Below, in pieces: positions 10,489 to 19,842 of a stretch of DNA of 48,258 bases (its first letter is position 1; every line of letters begins with the position of its first letter). The stretch comes from an uncultured Spirochaetia bacterium (GTDB lineage: Bacteria; Oederibacteriota; PGYV01; CAYGHG01). The position numbers and the translations under genes were made by a program. Where the stretch lies: assembly GCA_964349515.1 (NCBI GenBank), contig CAYGHG010000005.1, forward strand, positions 1 through 48,258, given 5' to 3'. Under the pieces are notes generated by a model. It worked only from the letters and a program-made list of their open reading frames with translations, did not search any database and had not been told where the DNA came from.

Positions 10489-12071
10489 TTTTTGCCTCCT
10501 TTTATTTCAAAGAGGTGCGGGTTGTTTTTTCTTTTTTTCCATGCAAGATGCACCATTACAGACAATACTATGAAAATCGCCGCGAGCATCAGGCGGGTGC
10601 CTATGATGTAGGGTTTGTTTTCTTGCGGGACATCTTCCATCATTATCATCTTGAACCCGTCCTGCACCAGCCACGTGATGAGAATAGCTGACAAAAATAG
10701 CGGCGTTACATACTTGATTATAAACTTGTAAATCCCCGGCACCCTCATTTGCGCTCCCAGATGCACCTCGTCCCAGGCTTTGTCTATGCCGAAAATCCAT
10801 GCGAAGATAATAACCTCAAAAATACCGAACACGACAAGCCCGACATTGACTGCCCAGAAATCAAGCTCATCAACAACTCCCTTTCCAATGAAAAATATCG
10901 CCGGCTGTATGAGGATGAATGAAACAATCCCTATCAGGGTTACTGCCCTTCTCTTCGAAGTGTTAAACTCATCCTCACAAAAAGCCACCGCGGGCTGCAG
11001 CATAGAGAGCGAGGATGTCAATCCTGCAAGGAACAGAAGCAGGAACCATGCAAAAGCGAATACTGTTGAAAGCGGTATTTTATCGAGTATCATGGGCATT
11101 GTAATGAAACCGAGTCCGAATGTCCCTCCGTTTGCGATATCCAGCATTTTTTCCGGCCCAAAGAAGGCAAACGCAGCGGGTATTATGAGGCTGCCTCCTA
11201 TTATCACCTCTGCAAACTCGTTTGTAGAGGCCGAGGTAAGCCCGGAGAGCGCCACGTCATCTTCTTTCTTTAGATAACTCGCATAAGTGATAATAACGCC
11301 CATACCCACGCTCAAGGTAAAGAATATCTGTCCTGCAGCCGCGAGCCAGACTTTGGCGCTTGTGAGTTTTGAAAAGTCAGGGTTCCAAAGGTATCCAAGC
11401 CCGTCTGTCACTTTCCACGGTGTCTGCGTCGCGTAATCAAGCCCCAGCGTCAGTACTCTAACCATCAGTATGACCCCGAGTATGAGAAGAAGAGGCATTG
11501 CTATTTTTGCCACCCGCTCTATGCCGCCGCGGATCCCGAAATAGAGTATCCCGAAATTGAGGCAGAAGGTTATGATAAAGAAAAAATATGTAGGCGAGAA
11601 TATGCCCTTAAGCGAGGGCTCGACTGTTATGTATTTTCCAAAAAACTCCCCCATCGCGCCCGAGGCCAGCGCCTGTGAGTACTGCGGGGTCAGGGTGTAG
11701 AACATGTAGCCCAAGAGCCACGACTCTATGTAGCAGTAGTACAGGAATATGACAATAGGCGCGAACATGCCTATGACACCGAAGTATTTTATGAAGCGGT
11801 TTTTATTGCTCATGGTGTGGAAAATCCCGGGCGCAGTAGAGTGCCCGAATCCTCCGCCGTAGCGGCCTGCGGTCCACTCTACCCACATGAGCGGTATGCC
11901 AACAACAAGCAGGGCAACAAAGTAAGGTATCATGAAAGCGCCGCCGCCGTTCTGCACTGCCTGCACGGGAAAGCGGAGGAAATTACCAAGCCCGACAGCC
12001 GACCCCGCGACCGCAAGTATTATTCCTATTTTAGAACCCCATCTCTCGCGCTGTTTTGGAGTATGAGCCAT
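10485..12071 (-). CDS. Sodium-dependent transporter, NSS (SNF/LeuT) family
   Basis: RERWGS, AGSAVGLGNFLRFP, NGGGAFMIPY, WLAAAGQIFFTLSVG; about 12 TM. Confidence 0.96.
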   Translation of the reverse strand: MAHTPKQRERWGSKIGIILAVAGSAVGLGNFLRFPVQAVQNGGGAFMIPYFVALLVVGIPLMWVEWTAGRYGGGFGHSTAPGIFHTMSNKNRFIKYFGVIGMFAPIVIFLYYCYIESWLLGYMFYTLTPQYSQALASGAMGEFFGKYITVEPSLKGIFSPTYFFFIITFCLNFGILYFGIRGGIERVAKIAMPLLLILGVILMVRVLTLGLDYATQTPWKVTDGLGYLWNPDFSKLTSAKVWLAAAGQIFFTLSVGMGVIITYASYLKKEDDVALSGLTSASTNEFAEVIIGGSLIIPAAFAFFGPEKMLDIANGGTFGLGFITMPMILDKIPLSTVFAFAWFLLLFLAGLTSSLSMLQPAVAFCEDEFNTSKRRAVTLIGIVSFILIQPAIFFIGKGVVDELDFWAVNVGLVVFGIFEVIIFAWIFGIDKAWDEVHLGAQMRVPGIYKFIIKYVTPLFLSAILITWLVQDGFKMIMMEDVPQENKPYIIGTRLMLAAIFIVLSVMVHLAWKKRKNNPHLFEIKGGKK

Positions 12072-12102
12072 GGAAAACCTCCGGAAAGTTAAAATCTTAT
12101 TT

Positions 12103-12165
12103 TTAGCTGAAAGTTGAAAGTTTAAAACTGAAAGTTAGTACGGTCAGCTTTCAACTTTCAACTTA
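12103..12165. repeat. Inverted pair of heptamer arrays (TGAAAGT)n ... (ACTTTCA)n after the MORN gene stop
   Basis: gctgaaa gttgaaa gtttaaa actgaaa gtt ... gctttca actttca act. Confidence 0.6.
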
Positions 12166-13341
12166 CTTTATCTCTTTCCCTTCCTCATCCCACTTCTGTG
12201 CGGCTGCTATTTCCCCGTTTTTATACATCCTCTGTTCCATCAGTTTTCCGCTTTCATAAAAAACCTTAAACATGCCTTCCTGCTTTCCCTCTTTAAATGT
12301 TTCCTTTGCCTTGACCGCGCCGGACTCGTAAAACAGTGTAAAATCCCCGTCTTCCCTGCCTGCCTTGTACTGTCCTTGTATCTGCAATTTGCCGCTTTTG
12401 TAAAACAGCTTGTAGGGCCCTTCTTCCACTCCGTCTTTGTAATGACCCTCTATTTTTAACTCACCTGTCTTGTAAAAAATCCTGTAGGGCCCGTTTTCCT
12501 TGCCGTTTATGAATTCGCCTTCCACCTTTACGCCGCCCTCTTCGTAATAAATCTTGAACTTGCCCTTCTCAACTCCGCCTATGCAGTCATTTTCGGTCTT
12601 TACTTTACCGCTGTCGTAAAAGGTTCGTTTCGGGCCGTTTGGTTTTCCTTCCTTGTACGTTTCTTCCATCACCACGCGTCCGGCATCGCTGTAAACCGTA
12701 AAGAGCCCTTCTGACATTCCGTTCTCATATCTGCCTTCCATTTTAACCTTGCCATTTTCGTGGTATATGCGGTAGAGCCCCTGCCTTTTACCCTCGAAAT
12801 TTGTGCCCTCCACCTTGACCGCGCCTGACTCAAAAAATATCCGAAACGGCCCCTGTTCTTTACCGCTTTTATAACTCATTTCCACTTCTTTGGCGCCCGA
12901 GACATAATAACCCGCATACATCTGAATACCCGAATCCGTCGTTTTGTTGGTCTGCACGGTTCCTGTTTCATAATATGTCTTTGAATCCCACTGCGGAACC
13001 CCTGACTTATACGAACCCTCGTATTTTAGCTTTCCCGAAGGATAAAAAATCCTTACCGGCCCGTCAGGCACGCCGTTTTTGTATTCTACTTCCTGAATTA
13101 TGCCGCCTTGTTCCGAACATAAAAGATATGTTCCTGAAGAAAGCTCATTACCCGAGTAAAAACACTTTATCTGCCTGGACTTTCCGCCCGGCTCCATGAA
13201 TATTGTTTCCACTTCACCTGTTATTTTCTCGCCCTCTTTTTTCACTGAGGCGCCGTCGGCGGAATAAACCCATTTTGCCAGCTGCTCGCCGTCCCTGAAA
13301 AATGTCTCTGTATTTGCTTTTCTCACGCTTGTAAGGGCCAT
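12163..13341 (-). CDS. MORN-variant repeat protein (YwqK-like)
   Basis: More than ten ~23-24 aa repeats of G.F/Y..FYESG.VK.EG.YK.GK. Start moved to ATG 13341 (GGAGA RBS), which removes the overlap with the upstream gene. Confidence 0.85.
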   Translation of the reverse strand: MALTSVRKANTETFFRDGEQLAKWVYSADGASVKKEGEKITGEVETIFMEPGGKSRQIKCFYSGNELSSGTYLLCSEQGGIIQEVEYKNGVPDGPVRIFYPSGKLKYEGSYKSGVPQWDSKTYYETGTVQTNKTTDSGIQMYAGYYVSGAKEVEMSYKSGKEQGPFRIFFESGAVKVEGTNFEGKRQGLYRIYHENGKVKMEGRYENGMSEGLFTVYSDAGRVVMEETYKEGKPNGPKRTFYDSGKVKTENDCIGGVEKGKFKIYYEEGGVKVEGEFINGKENGPYRIFYKTGELKIEGHYKDGVEEGPYKLFYKSGKLQIQGQYKAGREDGDFTLFYESGAVKAKETFKEGKQEGMFKVFYESGKLMEQRMYKNGEIAAAQKWDEEGKEIK

Positions 13342-13376
13342 GTCATCTCCGTTATTTTCGTAAAAAACAGGTTTAT

Positions 13377-13405
13377 ATTCTAAAACGAACCGTAATATTT
13401 TGCAA
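13377..13405 (-). promoter_or_regulatory. Sigma70-type promoter for the MORN gene
   Basis: TTGCAA (13405-13400), 17 bp spacer, TAGAAT (13382-13377). Confidence 0.55.
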
Positions 13406-15968
13406 CGGTTACACCGTATGAATTCGCCGCGTCCTGGAAAGCCACATACGGGCATCCGGCTGCTTCATCAAACTTCATCCTGATGAAAGAGGCATCCCCG
13501 TCCGAGACCACCGCTATCACATCCCATGAAACACCGTTAAAGCGAGCGACTGTCGCGCGTTTTCCGTTTGCCCAGTCCCTGTAGGCGAGGAAAGGCGTGC
13601 CGTTATACACATAAAGCGAGAGGTACTCGGCCGTGCCTGCAGTAAAGCCCGCGCTGCCCACGTTTACCCACGAGGAGCCGTTATACATCTTTACAGTCGC
13701 TTTGTTTCCGTTCGCGACATCCATGTATGCTATGTAAGGCGTGTTCTGATAAACATGCAGTGATATGTACTGCGCTCCGCCTGCCGAGAACGCCTGGGCG
13801 CCTACCGTCTGCCACGTGCCTGCGGTCAGTCTTTTGACCGTTGCTCTGTAGCCGTTTGACCAGTCGCGGTAAGCGACATAAGGCTCTCCTGTAACCGTGT
13901 TAAAGCTGAGTGACACGTCAGATACCGTGCCGTCAGAGAAGCCCGCACTGCCCGCGTACTCCCACCCTGCGAGGTAGCGGTATTTCATCAGCGAGGCTTT
14001 GTCTGACGAGGCTGCGTCGCGGAAAGCCGTAAACGGCTCATCAGCGTAAACATAAAGCGAGGGCGAGAAGCCCGCGCCTGAGGTGTACTCCCTCTGCCAC
14101 ACATACTCCCAGCCGCCTGTGTACTCCACGTATCTCATCGTGGTCAGTTTGTTTGAACCGTTGTTATAATCCCTGTACACCATGTAGGGTATGCCGTCAT
14201 AAACAAAAAGCGAGGTCTCATAGGCAATGCCTGAGGTAAACCCTTTTGCGCCGACGCTCTCCCACGAGCCGTTTTCAAACTTCATCAGAGTCGCCCTCTG
14301 GGTACGCGCCCAGTCTGAATAAGATACATAAGGTATTCCGTCATGGACAGAAAGCGACAAATCCTCCGCCCTGCCGTCGGAGAAACCCTTTGGCATGAGG
14401 AAATCCCAAAAAGGCGTAGGCGACGCGGTAAAAGTCGGCGTAGCCGTAACCGTGGGTGAAACAGTGTGCGTTGCGGTTATGGTATGAGTCTCGGTTATGG
14501 TATGGGTTTCTGTAATAGTATGCGTCTCGGTTATAGTATGCGTCTCTGAAATAGTCGGTGTTATTGAATGCGTCATCGTAACGGTCGGGGACGGCGGTAT
14601 GACGTAAAACTCCGGCGAGTCTGAAATTTCATAAACATTAGAACCGTTTATATCTGTCTTTGTAACAAGCGTGTATGTGCCCGCGCCGTTTATGACAGCT
14701 CCGGGCCCGCCGAAACTTTTGTAGCCATAGTATATTTTCACCTGCCCTGTTACTGGCACAAGCGAACTTACGCTTAATATTATGTCCTGACCCTCTACAG
14801 CCTGCGTAACCCAGTCGCACCCTGTCGCGGTGACATAAAAATACCCCGGCTGGCTTAAGGTCAGGCTCGGCGCACTGAAACCCGCTGGAAGCGTTATTCG
14901 TATCGTGCCTCCCGTAGATGACCACGCAGACATGCCTGCGGTAAATGTGAATTCAAGTGTGTTTCCCTGCGAGCCGTCAACCGCTGTGTCAGGCACAACA
15001 GACATATAACCCTCTCCTATTATGGGGGTTTGTGTCGGAGTCATTGTGGGTGTCGCCGGTATGATATTTACCACAGGGCTTGAGGCAAGCTCGACTGTTG
15101 AGCTGCCATCCTCATCAACTGCCACGGGAATGGCGATTAAACCCGAGCCGTCAACATACGCACCCGGGCCGAAACTGCGGTCACCGTACTTGACCGTAAT
15201 CTGCCCGGTATTTGCCGCGAGGCTTCTTACAGTTACCAGTATATCCATTCCCGACACGCCTTTGCCGAGCAGTACACCGCCGTCAACAGATACGCTGAAA
15301 TACCCCGGCGCCATAGGGTCAAGCGAAGGCGGGCTCCATCCCGAAGGAATTGTAATTTTCAAAGTGCCGCTGCCGGGCGACGGCGCCCATGTCACGTCTC
15401 CTGCGGTGTATTTCAACTCCAGCTCATTTCCCATTGTCTTGGCGTACAAAATCAGAGGCGACATGACAACATTTCCCAAATTCGCCGGGTTTACCGTAGG
15501 CGAGGCAGTAGGCGTATAAGAAACCGTCATTGTATGGGTAAAAGTATGGGTGTTGACAGGTGTGTCTGTCAGGGTATTGGTAAGGCTCGTTGTCATAGTC
15601 ACGCTCTCTGTAACAGTCCATGAAACAGTCGCGGTGTGTGTAGGGGTCGCGGTTATGGTGTCAGTCGGCGTCTGCGTCACGCTCTGAGTCGCGGTTTCGC
15701 TCGCGCTCTGCTGAGCGCTCGGAGTTACCGTAAACGAATAAGATGGCGTGGCTGTAGGCGTTGTTGTTGATGAAGGCTGCAGCGTAGGCGTGAGAGTGGC
15801 TGTAGCGCTCAAAGCCGCAGTAGCACTAAGCGTGGGGGTGTTAACAGGCTCCAAAGGCGCGGTAGGCACTGATGTCTTGCGGCAGGACACAGCCAAAAGC
15901 AATAATACCCCTGCAAATACAAGGATATTTTTAATCCCTCTGGGCTCTGTTGTGTTAAAAATAGCCAT
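13380..15968 (-). CDS. Surface lipoprotein: Thr/Pro-rich linkers, two related Ig-like domains, C-terminal 7-repeat beta-propeller
   Basis: LLAVSC lipobox; TxTxT tracts; duplicated GN.LE...TAG...W...GT..IT.P.G.S.PSL..PGYF domain; seven GF..G.A...SL.V..G.PY.AY.D..NG..AT...Y...W repeats. Confidence 0.8.
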   Translation of the reverse strand: MAIFNTTEPRGIKNILVFAGVLLLLAVSCRKTSVPTAPLEPVNTPTLSATAALSATATLTPTLQPSSTTTPTATPSYSFTVTPSAQQSASETATQSVTQTPTDTITATPTHTATVSWTVTESVTMTTSLTNTLTDTPVNTHTFTHTMTVSYTPTASPTVNPANLGNVVMSPLILYAKTMGNELELKYTAGDVTWAPSPGSGTLKITIPSGWSPPSLDPMAPGYFSVSVDGGVLLGKGVSGMDILVTVRSLAANTGQITVKYGDRSFGPGAYVDGSGLIAIPVAVDEDGSSTVELASSPVVNIIPATPTMTPTQTPIIGEGYMSVVPDTAVDGSQGNTLEFTFTAGMSAWSSTGGTIRITLPAGFSAPSLTLSQPGYFYVTATGCDWVTQAVEGQDIILSVSSLVPVTGQVKIYYGYKSFGGPGAVINGAGTYTLVTKTDINGSNVYEISDSPEFYVIPPSPTVTMTHSITPTISETHTITETHTITETHTITETHTITATHTVSPTVTATPTFTASPTPFWDFLMPKGFSDGRAEDLSLSVHDGIPYVSYSDWARTQRATLMKFENGSWESVGAKGFTSGIAYETSLFVYDGIPYMVYRDYNNGSNKLTTMRYVEYTGGWEYVWQREYTSGAGFSPSLYVYADEPFTAFRDAASSDKASLMKYRYLAGWEYAGSAGFSDGTVSDVSLSFNTVTGEPYVAYRDWSNGYRATVKRLTAGTWQTVGAQAFSAGGAQYISLHVYQNTPYIAYMDVANGNKATVKMYNGSSWVNVGSAGFTAGTAEYLSLYVYNGTPFLAYRDWANGKRATVARFNGVSWDVIAVVSDGDASFIRMKFDEAAGCPYVAFQDAANSYGVTVAKYYGSF
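14471..14550 (-). repeat. 18 bp tandem repeat encoding (ETHTIT)n
   Basis: Protein reads SETHTITETHTITETHTITETHTITATHT; copies differ at synonymous positions. Confidence 0.85.
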
Positions 15969-15974
15969 ATATTG

Positions 15975-16003
15975 ATTATAACCTTATGAGGGGTTTATTA
16001 CAA
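15975..16003 (-). promoter_or_regulatory. Sigma70-type promoter, probably leaderless
   Basis: TTGTAA (16003-15998), 17 bp spacer, TATAAT (15980-15975); ATG begins 7 nt downstream with no SD. Confidence 0.6.
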
Positions 16004-16071
16004 TTTGAAAGTTACTAAATACAAGTCCAGAGTCTACAGTTTAGAGTCTATAGTTAAAAACAAACCTGCTG

Positions 16072-16117
16072 TCTTTTCTGCGCAGGGGCGGTGTGCTGCG
16101 CCGCCCGAAAACCGGAT
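16072..16117 (+). repeat. 46 bp direct repeat, copy 1 (REP-like hairpin) flanking the TA module
   Basis: 43/46 identical to 16985-17030. Confidence 0.85.
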
Positions 16118-16145
16118 GCAGAAGTTAATTCATAAGCAAGAAAGG

Positions 16146-16553
16146 CTATTCCGGGAAATACCTCTGCAGGAATTCCGAAGGGGTGATTACCTTCATTAAA
16201 TTTGATATAGTCTTAAAATGGCGCAAATTCCCGGTTATTATGATTCCTGTCCCCGAACCTATGGCCACAGCGGCGAATTTTTTGTCGTCTTCGGGTATTC
16301 CTGACAGATCCTCATGTATTTTTTTATGTTTTACGCTCTTGAATTTTAGAAACACCAGCACTTTTTCCACAGAATGCGGCTGAAGCTTAAGCTTAGGGTA
16401 CTTCAGCACCCTGCCTATCTCATCATAAATTTCAGGGGTAATTACGGGAATAATCCGGTTTTCATATATAAGTTCTATTATTTTAGCAGTCGGCCCTTTT
16501 GGGCTCATTATCCCGGAGACAAAAACATTGGTATCTATGACGGCTCTTATCAT
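16146..16553 (-). CDS. PIN-domain toxin (VapC-like, PIN_3 type)
   Basis: RAVIDTNVFVSG, EI.RVL.YPK, PEDDKKF, IITGNLRHF; ATGA overlap with the antitoxin. Confidence 0.92.
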   Translation of the reverse strand: MIRAVIDTNVFVSGIMSPKGPTAKIIELIYENRIIPVITPEIYDEIGRVLKYPKLKLQPHSVEKVLVFLKFKSVKHKKIHEDLSGIPEDDKKFAAVAIGSGTGIIITGNLRHFKTISNLMKVITPSEFLQRYFPE

Positions 16554-16831
16554 AGTTTGGTTCTTTTTTTGCGCCTTACAGCCTTGACTGCCTCTTTTAC
16601 ATCTTTTTCGGTAATCTGTGCTTTACCGGCTTCAGAGCGTATTTCCTCTACCGCGTCCTTAAATCCGTTAAGAATCCCTTCCCTGACCATATACTCAAAG
16701 TTCTCTTCATTCAGCGGGTTAACCATAGCTATGGGTTTGCCGTTATATGTGATTATGGCCTTTTCCCTGCTTATTACCATGCGGGCCTTTTTCATGCCTG
16801 AAGCAAGTGCCTTTACGCTTATAAATTTCAT
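16550..16831 (-). CDS. Phd/YefM-type antitoxin
   Basis: MKFISVKAL...IITYNGKPIAMV; directly upstream of the PIN gene; GGAGG RBS. Confidence 0.8.
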   Translation of the reverse strand: MKFISVKALASGMKKARMVISREKAIITYNGKPIAMVNPLNEENFEYMVREGILNGFKDAVEEIRSEAGKAQITEKDVKEAVKAVRRKKRTKL

Positions 16832-16852
16832 ATAAACCTCCTGTATGCTTTA

Positions 16853-16881
16853 AGTTTACTAATAGTATGCTAATAAATCAA
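16853..16881 (-). promoter_or_regulatory. TA operon promoter
   Basis: TTGATT (16881-16876), 17 bp spacer, TAAACT (16858-16853). AGCATAC occurs twice nearby and may be an operator. Confidence 0.55.
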
Positions 16882-16984
16882 CCCAAAATTGTTTTTGAAA
16901 TACGAGTTTACAGTCTATTGTTTAAAGCCTGTTGTTTACAGTTAAAAACATAGAAACAAGACGTATCTTTGCGGAAGGATTATA

Positions 16985-17030
16985 TCTTTTCTGCGTAGGG
17001 GCGGTGCGGTGCGCCGCCCGAAAACCGGAT
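16985..17030 (+). repeat. 46 bp direct repeat, copy 2 (GTAG-type REP)
   Basis: GTAG-GGGCGGTGC-ggt-GCGCCGCCC-G hairpin; near-identical to 16072-16117. Confidence 0.85.
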
Positions 17031-17061
17031 TTCTAATTTGCCATGTTTTTAAAACGAACAC

Positions 17062-17550
17062 CAAATACCGGGAGGGATAGGAATCCCTCCCCTACATGAA
17101 AACAAACCCGTCTTCACCCTGCCGTCAAAAAAACGTCCCTGTAGGGTACGGCCGACGTGCCGCATTTTGTCCTAACCCCCTTTGCTCCGCTCTTTTTAGT
17201 ACCCCCTTGAGGGGTAGAAAGGGGGGCAGGGGGGATTTGCCTTTGTATTGTACCGCGTCTTGCCTTTTGTATTCCGCATCTAACCCAAACCCACAACCTC
17301 AGGCTTAAAGCCTGCGCCTATAAAAACAATTGCTCCGTGCCGCCGTCCTAACCCCCTCTGCCCCGCTCTTTATAATACCCCCTTGAGGGGTAAAAAGGGG
17401 GTTAAATACCGGGTCACCCACCGGGTGACCCCTACGAAAAACTCCGTATTGCAGGCCCGCGCTTCGCGGGATAGGAGACAGGTGATAGGTGAAAGTAGAA
17501 AGGCAAAACTTCCCTCACCCTACCCTCTCACAAAAGTAGAGGATGGAAAT
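17062..17550. repeat. Cluster of mixed REP-like palindromes
   Basis: GTAG-type hairpins at 17062-17096 (-), 17141-17162 (+), 17300-17321 (-, ATAG variant) and 17404-17435 (-). About 57 bp direct repeats gtcctaaccccct...acccccttgaggggta at 17169-17225 and 17345-17401. A ccctcaccctaccctctc-type element near 17511-17548. Confidence 0.75.
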
Positions 17551-17635
17551 AGCATTATTCATTAAATGTGGTTTTATTCTGATTTACAGATTGTCTTGAT
17601 TGTTTTTCTTATAGCTTATAGCTTAATATCTTGTC

Positions 17636-18820
17636 TTACGTATAGTCCGCGTTTATCCTTATGTAGTCATAGCTGTAGTCGCAGGTAAGCAGGAATGTGC
17701 CGTGCTTTCCTTTTTTGAGATCAACGGTTACCTCTATTTTTTTCTTTTTTACTTCAGGCGCGGCCTTTTCATGATTTATCACTCTTTTGCCGTCTGTTAT
17801 TTTCACGCCGTTTATGTAAAAGCCTGTTTTAGAGATGTCAAGGCCCGGCCCGGCCTGGCCAACTGCAGATATTATGCGGCCAAAGTTAAGCGCCTGTCCG
17901 AAGAAGTTTGTCTTTACAAGGGGCGAGTTGGCCATCTGGCGGCATACTGCCTCTGCCTCATTTTTGGAAGCCGCATTCTTAACCGTGAACTTGAGCAGTT
18001 TTGTCGCGCCTTCGCCGTCAGCTGCTATCTCTTCAGAGAGCGCGTAAAAAACTTTAAGCAGCCCCTCTTTGAGGGCATTATAGTCTTTGCCGGCTGCTTT
18101 AATTTCCTTGTTCGCGGCCATGCCGTTGGCCATGACGTATATGGTATCGTTCGGGCTCATGTCGCCGTCAACCGTAACCCGGTTAAAGGATAATGCGACC
18201 GCCTCCCTTACCGCTTTATCAAGCATTGTTTTCGAAACAGCCGCGTCAGTCATGATGAACGCAAGCATGGTTGCCACATTTATAGATATCATTCCCGAAC
18301 CCTTGCAGGTGCCGGTTATGGTTACCTGCTTTCCTCCGATTTTCACCCGCTCGGTGCAGCTCTTTTCCACGAGGTCCGTGGTCATTATCGCCTTTGGAAA
18401 AGTAAGATCCCCTTCGGATAGAGCCTCACAAAGCTCCGGTAGTTTTGCCTCCACTTTTTTAAGCGGAAAATCAAGGCTTATCTTGCCCGTTGACGCCATC
18501 AGAACCTTTGAACCTTTAATCCCCAGCAAAGCTGCAATACCTGATGTTATTTTTTTCACGGCTGCCATGCCTTCCGGCCCGTTATAAACATTTGCGTTGC
18601 CGCTGTTTACAAACACAGCACCTGCCTTGGCTCCGCCTTTTAACAGGTGTTTGGCGTGAATTATGTGGTGGGCTTTTAATGCATTTGTCGTAAACAGCGC
18701 TGCAGTAACACATGGGGACTCGGATATTATCAGGCCCACGTCGGGTTTGCCGCTTTTTTTAAGCCCTGCGCTTATGCCCGCCGTCATGAAGCCCTCGGGA
18801 AGACTGTATGATTTTCTCAC
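17636..18820 (-). CDS. argJ: Glutamate N-acetyltransferase / ornithine acetyltransferase
   Basis: NSGNAN, STG, AIMTTD, KGSGMI..NVATML, DGDMSPND, DGEGATK, SPLVKT, YIRINADY. Confidence 0.96.
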   Translation of the reverse strand: MRKSYSLPEGFMTAGISAGLKKSGKPDVGLIISESPCVTAALFTTNALKAHHIIHAKHLLKGGAKAGAVFVNSGNANVYNGPEGMAAVKKITSGIAALLGIKGSKVLMASTGKISLDFPLKKVEAKLPELCEALSEGDLTFPKAIMTTDLVEKSCTERVKIGGKQVTITGTCKGSGMISINVATMLAFIMTDAAVSKTMLDKAVREAVALSFNRVTVDGDMSPNDTIYVMANGMAANKEIKAAGKDYNALKEGLLKVFYALSEEIAADGEGATKLLKFTVKNAASKNEAEAVCRQMANSPLVKTNFFGQALNFGRIISAVGQAGPGLDISKTGFYINGVKITDGKRVINHEKAAPEVKKKKIEVTVDLKKGKHGTFLLTCDYSYDYIRINADYT

Positions 18821-19827
18821 AGCAGCCCCTCCTTTTCATCAATGCCGAACATTATGTTCATGTTCTGAACCGCCTGCCAGGAAGCGCCCTTTCCCAGATT
18901 GTCAACAACTGAAATCACAATCAGGGTTCTGTGCTCTTTTACGCCGCTTATTGCCATGTCAATAAAGTTTGTGTTCTGCACGCCGCGGACATCCACTTTG
19001 TCCTTGAAACGGACAAAAAATTCGCCCTCGTAGTAATCGGTATATAATTTTTTTACTTTTTCAATATCAACCCATTTTTTCAGCTTTATGTAATTCACGC
19101 TGAGCATTCCGCGGTCAAGCGCGGTAAGCTGCGGCGTCATTATTATCTCTGTTTTTTTGCCTGTCTTTGCCTTCAGCGCTGCCTCAATTTCGGGTACGTG
19201 GCGGTGCACTCGGCCGTAGTTGTAGGGGATTATGTTTTCGCTTATGTTCATGTAGTGGTTGACTGCCGTAGGTTTTATGCCTGCGCCTGATATCCCGCTT
19301 TTTGCGTCGCAGATGACCGATTCAACAGACAAGTGCTTTACAGCAGGAGCGAGCGCAAGCGTCACGCACACCGCATAGCAGCCGGTATTTGCCACAACAC
19401 CCGCTTTTTTTATCTCTTCGCGGTAGAATTCAGGCAGGCCGTAAACAGCCCGCTTTACCGTGTCCGGATATTTATGCTTGTGCCCGTATACCTTTTCATA
19501 AGTTTTAAGATCCTTTATGCGGTAGTCCGCGCTTAAATCTATGACGCGTATTTTCTTGTCCTCAAATTTGCGCACATACTCCATTGCCTCGGTGTGCGGC
19601 AGGCATACAAAAGCCGTGTCAACGCCCTCAAAGAGCACGTCATCAGAGGGTTCGCAGAAAGACAGCCCGCAGATACCCGCAAACTCAGGAAACGACGAAT
19701 CTATACGTTTGCCTTTGCTTCCGCGGGAGGTTATGTATTTTATCTCAGCGCCATTGTGGCGCGACAATACCCTGATTAACTCCCTGCCTGTAATTCCCGA
19801 CCCGCCGACTATCCCGACGCGTATCAT
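18817..19827 (-). CDS. argC: N-acetyl-gamma-glutamyl-phosphate reductase
   Basis: GGSGITG, CLPH, IDLSADYR, GCY, SGISGAG, HRHVPEI, DNLGKGA..QAVQNMN. Confidence 0.96.
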   Translation of the reverse strand: MIRVGIVGGSGITGRELIRVLSRHNGAEIKYITSRGSKGKRIDSSFPEFAGICGLSFCEPSDDVLFEGVDTAFVCLPHTEAMEYVRKFEDKKIRVIDLSADYRIKDLKTYEKVYGHKHKYPDTVKRAVYGLPEFYREEIKKAGVVANTGCYAVCVTLALAPAVKHLSVESVICDAKSGISGAGIKPTAVNHYMNISENIIPYNYGRVHRHVPEIEAALKAKTGKKTEIIMTPQLTALDRGMLSVNYIKLKKWVDIEKVKKLYTDYYEGEFFVRFKDKVDVRGVQNTNFIDMAISGVKEHRTLIVISVVDNLGKGASWQAVQNMNIMFGIDEKEGLL

Positions 19828-19842
19828 TGCAGGTTCTCCCTT

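Noticed and set aside
12163..13341. Antitoxin of a YwqJK-type toxin-antitoxin system
   Set aside because: No neighbouring toxin gene; the sequence supports only the MORN-variant repeats.
16985..17550. CRISPR array or tRNA/ncRNA in the palindrome-rich intergenic region
   Set aside because: The repeats are heterogeneous, irregularly spaced and in both orientations. There are no cas genes and no cloverleaf or T-loop pattern.
17096..17565. Short ORFs 17096-17308, 17114-17296 and 17383-17565, plus 10113-10433 and 16005-16199
   Set aside because: They are translations of repeat DNA with no RBS or protein-like features.
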